Below, one piece after another: positions 28,193-36,004 of a DNA stretch of 64,000 nucleotides. Under the pieces are notes generated by a model, which did no database searches, was not told where the DNA came from, and saw only the letters and a program-made list of their open reading frames with translations. The translations under genes and the position numbers were made by a program. Origin of the DNA: a virus; IMG/VR virus record IMGVR_UViG_3300013233_000773. One strand, written 5' to 3'. How positions within the stretch are numbered: the first letter of the stretch is position 1; each line of letters opens with the position of its first letter.

Positions 28193-29566
28193 CTAGTACT
28201 CGAAGACGAACCTCGCCCTGCGCAAGCCCCACTTCCTCACGTATCCGCGCTCGGCTGCAAGCTCCGCCTCCCTCATCCCCATCTTCCGGGCATGGTTGTA
28301 CATCGTCTTCTTGTGCATCACGAACCCGTCCCGGTCTACGTACCAGTATGAGCGACCAGACCACCCATCGAACTTCCAGTTGCACGCCCGGTACACCGAC
28401 CCAGAATGCCCGAACGTACCGTCCGCAAACGACAACAGCAGCCTAGTGGACGACCTGACGCCGCGCAGCATCCGCATCGACCTGGACAAGAACCAGCTCA
28501 GCAGATTTCTGTTCTCATATCCAGCCCTCCTGCACAGCCTGGTAAGCTCCCTCACCTCCCCAGGGCTCCGCCCGAGCCTGATCAGGCTCTCATTCCTCGT
28601 CACCCCGGCAAACGTGCACACCGCGACCAGTTCGCCATCCATCACGGCTCCGAACCTTATCTGGCTACGGCCATGGCCCAGCGAATAGGTATAGTGATAC
28701 TTCTGGATAAACTCCACGGCCTCACGGTTTCCTATCGGGACTACCGAAAGGTCCGACAGGTCCACGTGGACCATGCCCACGTCCGCACCCGTCCATGAGC
28801 GCACGAGCTCCACCACCTTGCCCCTACACAGGAACTCATGTTCCCATATCGTCCTGACCTTAAGCTCCGGAAAGTACCGCTCCACATAGGTCGTCTTCGC
28901 CTTGTCGTTCCTTACGTGCACCGGAGTGTTGTGGAAATAATCACCATTGCACTCTATCAGGACTCCATGATCGGGCAGAAAGCAGTCGAACGCATAATGC
29001 CCGATCCTGTGCTCCGGCACGTGCTCGACACCGAGCTCATCAAGGATCGCATAGAGCGTCCTCTGGATGCCTGAGATCCTCGGCATCGGAGCAAAGATGC
29101 CGGTCCCAGCCTCCCTCTGGGAGTCCAGGATCCTCCTTCTCTTGGCGCGGTATCCGTCGTCCAGCCAATACCTGCAACGAGCGGCGCAGACCCTCTGACG
29201 GTACCCCTCATCCTCTGCGAACTTCCTGCTAACCGTCTCTCCTATCCTCCTACGGACTTCCCCTGACATGGCCTCCCTACTGCGCCTGCTCCTCTCCTCG
29301 CCGGACAGTCCATCCCAGAACGCCCTGGATGCCCTAGACGCCCTCTCCCTGGCCTCCCTGGAGGACCAAGCCCTAGCCTGCGAGGACTTGCGCGCAGCGA
29401 CGACGACCGGATGCCTGCGGTAGCACTTAGGGCATAGGTAGGATCCCACGTTACACGCCTGTCTCCTGCACTTACGGCGGTGCTCCTTCGGGACCACGCG
29501 GTCCTCCCTGCCACACTCCGAGCAGCGCGCAGTGTTCCCGGACAGGCACTGGTCGAAGTCTACCAC
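28193..29566 (-). CDS. Vsr/DUF559-like endonuclease fused to Mom-like GNAT domain (Hef-like homing endonuclease)
   Basis: N-terminal Zn finger and basic helical repeats; 'AFDCFLP..VLIECNGDYFH..DKAK..IWEHE'; C-terminal 'FIQKYHY','ELTRLC','LSFADGTFGHSGSVYRACNW'. Confidence 0.75.
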   Translation of the reverse strand: MVDFDQCLSGNTARCSECGREDRVVPKEHRRKCRRQACNVGSYLCPKCYRRHPVVVAARKSSQARAWSSREARERASRASRAFWDGLSGEERSRRSREAMSGEVRRRIGETVSRKFAEDEGYRQRVCAARCRYWLDDGYRAKRRRILDSQREAGTGIFAPMPRISGIQRTLYAILDELGVEHVPEHRIGHYAFDCFLPDHGVLIECNGDYFHNTPVHVRNDKAKTTYVERYFPELKVRTIWEHEFLCRGKVVELVRSWTGADVGMVHVDLSDLSVVPIGNREAVEFIQKYHYTYSLGHGRSQIRFGAVMDGELVAVCTFAGVTRNESLIRLGRSPGEVRELTRLCRRAGYENRNLLSWFLSRSMRMLRGVRSSTRLLLSFADGTFGHSGSVYRACNWKFDGWSGRSYWYVDRDGFVMHKKTMYNHARKMGMREAELAAERGYVRKWGLRRARFVFEY

Positions 29567-32034
29567 AGCACCTGTCCCTCCGAGTACACGTCAAGTTCCT
29601 CCTCCGGAGAGGACGCCTCTCCGCGCCGGCTCAGGGGGACTATCACGGACCGAGGCCCTATCTTGAAGCTGTCCCTCTCCCTATCGTACACGACGTTCAT
29701 CCTGATCCCGGCTCCCTCCTGCAGGGCCCTCTTGTCGGACGAACCATAGGCGTCCGCCCACACGAAAACCCTAGCCGTCCGTATCCCGTCATTGACGTGC
29801 AGCACATAGAACTGATTGCCCGCCTTGGACGACCTACTCTCTATCTTCTCCACCACGCCCTCAAGCGTACCGCCGACCTTCGCCCTCTCGACCGTATGGC
29901 CATGTGACCGGAAGGCCTCCATCGGAGAGCTCCAATAGTGTCCGAGAAACTCCTTCTCCATCTCCAGACGCTCAGCCAGGGACCAGTCCGTCCCGACCGT
30001 GGACATGACCTGCCCCCTGGTAACCGTTATCTTAGGTCTCCACTTCGCGATCTTGGACGGCAGCTTCTTCCTCCTGGGATATAGCTTGAAGTACTCGCTC
30101 GCCTGCCTCGCGCGCTCCTTCTCTACCTTCTCCTGCGGCCACTCGAACTTGGCTTCTATCTCCCGGCGGAGAGCCGTTATCTCCTTTCCAGAGCAGTACT
30201 TGTAGAGATACCAGGTCCAGAGAGCCTTCCTGTTCGGATGGATGGAGTCGAACCCACCCAGCTTTATGAGCCTCTCGAAGATCCTCTTGTCCTTCCCGCA
30301 CCGCTCGACCATCTCGTCCACGTCACGGAAGGGACCACATACCGACGCAAGCTTCTCCGCCGCCTTGTCTCCAATTCCCTTGACGGACGCGAGGCCGGGC
30401 AAGACCTGGTCCCCACTGACGGTAAAGTCCTTCTCAAGGGAGTTGACGTCCATGGGGGCAAACTCCACGCCGTCCGACCTTGCCGAGCCCATGTAGCTGC
30501 TCATCTTATAGGCAGGACAGGCTGACAGGACTGCAGCCCACCATTCGGCCGGATAGTGCGCCTTGAGATACAGGCACCTGTAGGTCATGATGCTGTAGGC
30601 CACGGCATGGGACTTATTGAATGCGTATCTCCCAAAGGTAACCATCTGGTCCCACCATTTCCGCGCCTCCTCCTCGCCGAGCTCCTTGCCGGCCCCGGAC
30701 ATCCACCTCTCCTCGACCCCAGGAAGCTTGTCCAGCCACTTCTTGGAGACTATCTTGCGGGCCTTCTCCGCCTCAGGAACAGTGAACCTACCAATCTGGA
30801 TCCACACCGCAGTGAGCTGCTCCTGAAAGCAAATTATCCCATGCGTCTCCTCAAGGATGCGCACGATCCTAGGATCCATCCCTTTCCTCCAGGACCCCGA
30901 ATGATCATCGCGCCGCCTGATGTACTCCGGAATCATGTCCATCGGACCCGGACGACCGAGAGCATTATACACGATCAGGTCCCAGAAGTCCCTAACGCCA
31001 CCGTCCGAAATGATCCCCTTCTGGATGTCAGTCTCGATCTGGAATACAGAGTCCGTCCGCAGATCATTGCACATCCGGAGAGCCTCGACGTCGTTGAACG
31101 AGATCGGCTCCCTCCTCCCGTCCCTCTCAAGATATCCTGCGACCGGAAGATCGGACCTCGGATCCATCCCGTCCCAGACGACCAGGACGCCCCTATTGCG
31201 CAAGACAAGGTTCCCCGCCTGCCAGACATAGAACATCGTCTTCAAGCCGAGGACGTCGAACTTGATGAGCCCGAACTTCGAGAGCTGCATGCTCCGGCCC
31301 TCGGTCCACTGGCTCGTCCATGTCCCCTTCATCCTAGACAGGGGCACCACCCCACGCAGGTCCCTATCCGCAATCACGATCCCACCCGCATGCGTAGACT
31401 GCGCGCGTATCTTGCCCACGAGCCGAAAGGCCAGATCGACTATCTCCGGATGCTCACTCCTGTACCGCATAAACTCCTCAAGACGAGAAGCGTCCACATG
31501 AGCCTGCCTGCGCACCTCCGGATCCGGATCCTCTGCGCGCTCAACAAGGCCATCTATGTCCCCCAGCGACATGTCGTCGAACTCGTCCGGAAGACCCTTG
31601 GTCATCCTGGACACTGCACGCCAGTCCGCCCCGAGCGCACGCGCCACGTCCGTCAGAGCACTCCTTGGCTTATACGTCACCCAGTTTCCTATACTGCAGA
31701 CATGCACATACCTCTCCCTGGCATATTGCTTGATCGTCTCCCGCGCATGCGGCAAGAAGTCAAGGTCTATGTCAGGGAAGTCCGTGAGCCGCACCCATTC
31801 ATGCGAAACTGCCTCGGCCACGGGATCGACGGGAGTCATCCCAAGGAGAAACGGTATGACAAGGCCGTTCTGATTGTGTTCCCACCTACGCCCCTCAGAC
31901 ACGCACTCGGTCCAGTATGTCTCCGCGCCCTGCTTCGAAATCTCGGCGACCTCAGTCTGAAGACGCTCGACATACTCCCCACCCCTCACGGCAGCAGCCG
32001 CTGACGCTCTAGAGCACACCTCGTCCCAGTCCAT
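29560..32034 (-). CDS. dnaE: DNA polymerase III alpha subunit, catalytic/C-terminal part
   Basis: 'FPDIDLDF','STHAGGIVI','LIKFDVLGL','VFQIE','RPGPM','FQEQ','YAFNKSHAVAY','GLASVKGIG','EKEFLG' and a C-terminal OB fold. Confidence 0.92.
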   Translation of the reverse strand: MDWDEVCSRASAAAAVRGGEYVERLQTEVAEISKQGAETYWTECVSEGRRWEHNQNGLVIPFLLGMTPVDPVAEAVSHEWVRLTDFPDIDLDFLPHARETIKQYARERYVHVCSIGNWVTYKPRSALTDVARALGADWRAVSRMTKGLPDEFDDMSLGDIDGLVERAEDPDPEVRRQAHVDASRLEEFMRYRSEHPEIVDLAFRLVGKIRAQSTHAGGIVIADRDLRGVVPLSRMKGTWTSQWTEGRSMQLSKFGLIKFDVLGLKTMFYVWQAGNLVLRNRGVLVVWDGMDPRSDLPVAGYLERDGRREPISFNDVEALRMCNDLRTDSVFQIETDIQKGIISDGGVRDFWDLIVYNALGRPGPMDMIPEYIRRRDDHSGSWRKGMDPRIVRILEETHGIICFQEQLTAVWIQIGRFTVPEAEKARKIVSKKWLDKLPGVEERWMSGAGKELGEEEARKWWDQMVTFGRYAFNKSHAVAYSIMTYRCLYLKAHYPAEWWAAVLSACPAYKMSSYMGSARSDGVEFAPMDVNSLEKDFTVSGDQVLPGLASVKGIGDKAAEKLASVCGPFRDVDEMVERCGKDKRIFERLIKLGGFDSIHPNRKALWTWYLYKYCSGKEITALRREIEAKFEWPQEKVEKERARQASEYFKLYPRRKKLPSKIAKWRPKITVTRGQVMSTVGTDWSLAERLEMEKEFLGHYWSSPMEAFRSHGHTVERAKVGGTLEGVVEKIESRSSKAGNQFYVLHVNDGIRTARVFVWADAYGSSDKRALQEGAGIRMNVVYDRERDSFKIGPRSVIVPLSRRGEASSPEEELDVYSEGQVLW

Positions 32035-32505
32035 CTAGAACACCCCACTGAAGGACTCATTGCCCGCCCTGGCCGAGGTCACCAGCTCCTCACGCATCGA
32101 CTCCAGCTCATCCGGAGAAGGGATGACCGAACACCTCCCATATTCAAGGGACAGGTCGCGGACTGTCCAGACCAGACCCGGATCCTTCACCGCCTCGACC
32201 CGCCACGTGTCCACGAGCGTGCGCTCCAGGACCAGAGCGGCATAACTGCACGTTGTGCGCACCACCATAGTCGTCCCCGCCCGCGCGTCCTCCCCGACGC
32301 TCCTGAGGATATACTCCATGGCCTTCAGCTCAAGCTGTCTAGCCTTGATGACCATCCCGCCTGCATGGACGATGCGCCTGAACCCATGCTTACCGCATGC
32401 AGCCGACGCGCTGAACCACGCGCCGTATGGAGACTGCCTAAAGACCACTGCCCTTGCCTCAACCAGAGCTCCCGTTCCCGGCTTCACCACCTCCATCAGG
32501 TCCAT
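32035..32505 (-). CDS. RNase HI-fold protein, probably catalytically degenerate
   Basis: 'RQLELKAMEYIL...VVRTTCSYA..' resembles RNase HI N.xELxA / xTDSxY; start MDLME with GGAG RBS. Confidence 0.45.
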   Translation of the reverse strand: MDLMEVVKPGTGALVEARAVVFRQSPYGAWFSASAACGKHGFRRIVHAGGMVIKARQLELKAMEYILRSVGEDARAGTTMVVRTTCSYAALVLERTLVDTWRVEAVKDPGLVWTVRDLSLEYGRCSVIPSPDELESMREELVTSARAGNESFSGVF

Positions 32506-32908
32506 TTCGCTCCTCCAGAATTGATTGTATGCCTCCGACCGCCACCCCGGCGGACGACAGTACTCTTGCGGACCTACGGCACGCCGAGACAAGCCCACTC
32601 TTGCCCACCAGGAGTGCATCCAGTGAATCCACCGCGACCCGCCCGGCCACGGCCCCTATCGGACCACACCCCTGCGCAACCATCCTCTCCGCCAGGCCCC
32701 TCGCCACGGCACCGACCGGCCCGCACGTCACGTACTCCGCGTCAGCCCAGAACCTAGACTCGTCCCCGTCAAGATACGAGCGTACCAGGTCCGGCCACTT
32801 CGCGAGATATCCGGACGCCGCAGCCAGGCTCCCACAGGACGCCACAAGCAGTCCAATAGAATGCTCCGCCTCGGACAGCACCCTCCTGAACGAAACCTCA
32901 TCCACCAT
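32459..32908 (-). CDS. UPF0280/ApbE-like protein (short)
   Basis: Duplicated 'GPVGAVA'/'GPIGAVAG', resembling the UPF0280 GPMAAVAG motif. Confidence 0.4.
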   Translation of the reverse strand: MVDEVSFRRVLSEAEHSIGLLVASCGSLAAASGYLAKWPDLVRSYLDGDESRFWADAEYVTCGPVGAVARGLAERMVAQGCGPIGAVAGRVAVDSLDALLVGKSGLVSACRRSARVLSSAGVAVGGIQSILEERNGPDGGGEAGNGSSG

Positions 32909-32911
32909 TCC

Positions 32912-34258
32912 TCACTCCATCTTCACCTGCAGCATCCTGCCGCCCCTGTTCGGGCTCAGGAACCTGTTGAACGAAAGTCCCCACGCTATGGGATCCAGGG
33001 ACGTTATCCCCAGAAGCCAGCACACCAAGGACCCGCCCGCACTCCCCCTCGCCGGACCGATCGGCCAGCCCCTCCTATGGGAGCAGTCCACCAGGTCCTT
33101 AGTAATCAGGAAGTACGAGGCAAAGCCCTTCTCGACGAACCTCCTAAGCTCCAGGATCATCTGCTCCCGATAGGTCACCTCCAGGCCGTCCATCGTCGAA
33201 TACTTCGTATCATCCAGGTGAAGACCACGCCTCTTGAAGCCCTCCCACGCGGCCTGCACCAGGACCGGCACGTCGTTCTCAAGCCTAGGTAGCTTCGGCG
33301 AGACGTCCGGATCGAACGCCTCGCACATCTCCGCGACCAGCAGCGTCCCGTCACAGGCCTTCTCAAACTCCGCCAGCCCTACCCCGTCCGAATAGCCCTT
33401 CGTAAGGAAGGTCTTCCGAAGCTCCTCCCTCGTCTTGAAGAACTGCTCGTCCGAATTCACGTGGAAAAGCTCCGGATCGTCTACCGTGGTCCCCTGGTCT
33501 ATCGCCATCATCGTCTTCTGGACCTCGAAGTCACGCCGTTCGAGATAGTGGCAGTCGTTCGTCAGGACGGTCCGTATTCCGAACCGGCCGGCCAGCTCAA
33601 CAAGGGTCCTGAAGGCCTTCACGTCCCCAACCTCCTCGTCGAGGCACGGCATCTGCAGCTCGATGAAGTAGTTCTCACCGAACGCCTCCTTGAACATCTT
33701 GACGTACTCGACCGCGCCGCGGAACTCGCCGCCTGAGAGGTTATCCTGCCTGATCTCGTGAGCGACTGGACCGTTAAGGCATCCGGAGAGGACGATGAGT
33801 CCCTCGGAGTGCGCGGCCAGGTTCTCGAACCACACCCTGGGCTTGTAGAAGAATCCGTGCTTTATCGCATAGTTGTTTATCTTCAGGAGGTTGCCGTATC
33901 CGGTCATGTTCCTGCACAGGACGGTAATGTGCCTGTTCCTGCGCATCCTGGCGTTCAGTCCGCGCTGCGTCTCGAGCAGGTCCTTGACCTTTCCTCCGGA
34001 CTCGACCAGCTTCCTCCTGCGCTGCTCGTAGTCGTTGTAGTACAGCTCGCACCCCGCTATGAACTTCACGGAGTGCTCAGTTGCCGAGATGTGCGCGTCC
34101 GGGATGCTGCTCATCGTCCCGTGCTCGGTTATGGCGAAGGCCGGCCACCCCCGTTCTGCGCAGGCACCGAAGTAGGCCTCTGGTTCGGCGACCCCGTCCA
34201 GCATGCTGAAGATGGTATGGTTGTGCAGGTGCACGAACTGTTCAGGAGCAGCGTCCAT
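32912..34258 (-). CDS. dnaE: DNA polymerase III alpha subunit, N-terminal PHP part
   Basis: 'FVHLHNHTIFSMLDG','ITEHG','GCELY','LSGCLNG','TNDCHY','ARGSAGGSLVCWLLGITSLDP','FNRFLSPNR', then stop. Confidence 0.92.
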   Translation of the reverse strand: MDAAPEQFVHLHNHTIFSMLDGVAEPEAYFGACAERGWPAFAITEHGTMSSIPDAHISATEHSVKFIAGCELYYNDYEQRRRKLVESGGKVKDLLETQRGLNARMRRNRHITVLCRNMTGYGNLLKINNYAIKHGFFYKPRVWFENLAAHSEGLIVLSGCLNGPVAHEIRQDNLSGGEFRGAVEYVKMFKEAFGENYFIELQMPCLDEEVGDVKAFRTLVELAGRFGIRTVLTNDCHYLERRDFEVQKTMMAIDQGTTVDDPELFHVNSDEQFFKTREELRKTFLTKGYSDGVGLAEFEKACDGTLLVAEMCEAFDPDVSPKLPRLENDVPVLVQAAWEGFKRRGLHLDDTKYSTMDGLEVTYREQMILELRRFVEKGFASYFLITKDLVDCSHRRGWPIGPARGSAGGSLVCWLLGITSLDPIAWGLSFNRFLSPNRGGRMLQVKME

Positions 34259-34339
34259 GACGGGTAAAATACTCCGCCAGTGACAAAGATAGTATGGAGC
34301 ACGGGAAAGTCCACTGAACCGGCACGTGGAGACACCTAG

Positions 34340-34684
34340 ATGAGTAGCGTCGATGGAATGGGAGCCAGGGGCGTCGTCCGTGCATGGGCAAGGTACGACG
34401 TGAAGAATAACGTTATTGGAAATTCATATCGGCTTCTCTCCATAACGGACGGCGACACCGGACAGGTTTCGTTCAACTGGGACGTGAGCTTTTCGGCCAC
34501 GGACTATGTCACCGTGATAGGAACATCGTACCAGAACGGAGTCATCTTCAATGCGTTCGGAACTCTTCCTGGAAATCCATCACAGACTGTTACTGCGACG
34601 ACCGTTCAGGTCAGAAGGGCTTCCGATGGAGCACTGGTGGAGACTGACAACATGAACGTCGCCGTTCTCGGGGATTTGGTATAA
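34340..34684 (+). CDS. Tail-fibre tip-like domain protein
   Basis: 'VRAWARYD...SITDGDTGQVSFNW..FSATDY' motif of phage fibre C-terminal domains. Confidence 0.6.
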   Translation: MSSVDGMGARGVVRAWARYDVKNNVIGNSYRLLSITDGDTGQVSFNWDVSFSATDYVTVIGTSYQNGVIFNAFGTLPGNPSQTVTATTVQVRRASDGALVETDNMNVAVLGDLV

Positions 34685-34717
34685 CACCAGTCAAGACCGA
34701 CAAAGCGAGGATCAAGA

Positions 34718-35053
34718 ATGTCATCGGCGGCACATGGAGCTGGTTCTATAGGAATAACTAAGGCGTGGTGTTCGTGGAACGGCGACACCACCGCCATCTA
34801 TTCCAGTCTAAACGTGTCCAGCGTCACGGACTCTGACGTAGGAATCTACTCAATCAGCTTTACAATACCATTCAAGGACACCAACTACGCAGCAGTCGTG
34901 TCCGCAGGATATGACGAAGGAGTAGTCTTCGATGCAGGATTCAGTCTTTCCCAGCACGGCAATAACCTAGTCACACAAGTTGAATGTAGAGCCAGAAGGG
35001 GCTCCACGAAATATGATCCTGACAACAACACCGTCGTGGTCTACTCGACCTGA
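34718..35053 (+). CDS. Tail-fibre tip-like domain protein (paralog of previous)
   Basis: 'TKAWCSWNG...SLNVSSVTDSDVGIYSISFTIPFKDTNYAAVV'. Confidence 0.65.
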   Translation: MSSAAHGAGSIGITKAWCSWNGDTTAIYSSLNVSSVTDSDVGIYSISFTIPFKDTNYAAVVSAGYDEGVVFDAGFSLSQHGNNLVTQVECRARRGSTKYDPDNNTVVVYST

Positions 35054-35070
35054 AGACTAGGAGACAAAAC

Positions 35071-35532
35071 ATGAACCCCACTACCAAGAGGATAATCCTC
35101 AAGGACCAGACAGGACACCTCCACGTCGTCATTCCGGCCAGACCAATCAAGCCCGGAGAGACCGAGAAGGAATATCTAGACGACATAGCCTCCAAGGCAG
35201 CCATCCCAGGAACCGCCGAGATAGCCAGGATCGACGCCTCCGAACTCCCAGCCAGCCGCTCCTTCCGCAGTCAATGGCGGCACGACGGAACGGCCGTCAA
35301 GGTCGACATGGCGTTGGCAAGAGTCGAAAAGATGAAAAGAATACGCGAAAAGCGCAACCAGCTCCTAGCCGCAACGGACGGCGAATACCTGAAACAGAGC
35401 GAGAGAGGGACCGCAAGCCAGGCCCTGAAGACCAAGCGCCAAAGCCTCAGGGACATCCCACAGAACACCAACCTGTCCACCATCTCCACGCCAGAGGAGC
35501 TCGAGGCCTTCGAGCCGACATGGCCGGCATGA
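35071..35532 (+). CDS. Tail fibre assembly chaperone-like protein
   Basis: 'SRSFRSQW', 'IREKRNQLLAATD...RQSLRDIPQ...WP'. Confidence 0.7.
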   Translation: MNPTTKRIILKDQTGHLHVVIPARPIKPGETEKEYLDDIASKAAIPGTAEIARIDASELPASRSFRSQWRHDGTAVKVDMALARVEKMKRIREKRNQLLAATDGEYLKQSERGTASQALKTKRQSLRDIPQNTNLSTISTPEELEAFEPTWPA

Positions 35533-35566
35533 CGGCCTGATCCCCAGCCCTCAAACATAGCACGAC

Positions 35567-36004
35567 ATGGCGACAATACTAGGACAGGGATCCACCGTCC
35601 CCAGCTTCAGCGCATACGAGGGGACCAGCGCCGGTTCAAAGACCGGTGCCCAGGTCATCACCTACGACACCAAGGTCTTCGACACCCACGGCTGGCTCGA
35701 CGTCACCGTCAACAAGGGAAGATACACCCCCAAGATAGCCGGAAAGTACCTCTTCACCGCCTGCTGGCAATACGGCCTCTCCGACGCCAACAACATAACC
35801 ATAGGCATCGCGCTGAACGGCACCGTCATCAAGTGGGGAAACGAAATAGAGTTCTCGGGCGGCTTCCCATGGGTCCAGTCCAGCTGGATCCTCGAGCTGA
35901 ACGGAAGCACCGACTACGCCGAGATAATGTCCAGCGCAACGTCCACCTACGCCAGGCAGCCAGAAGCCCAGGACACCTGGGTAATGGGCACCCTCCTGGC
36001 CTAG
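35567..36004 (+). CDS. C1q-like domain protein
   Basis: 'PSFSAY','ITYDTKVFDTHG','RYTPKIAGKYLF','LNGSTDYAEI'. Confidence 0.7.
   Translation: MATILGQGSTVPSFSAYEGTSAGSKTGAQVITYDTKVFDTHGWLDVTVNKGRYTPKIAGKYLFTACWQYGLSDANNITIGIALNGTVIKWGNEIEFSGGFPWVQSSWILELNGSTDYAEIMSSATSTYARQPEAQDTWVMGTLLA

Noticed and set aside
32034-32912. Split intein or intron joining the dnaE halves
   Set aside because: No intein N- or C-terminal motifs at the fragment ends, the intervening DNA is filled by two ORFs, and the halves overlap in homology rather than abut.
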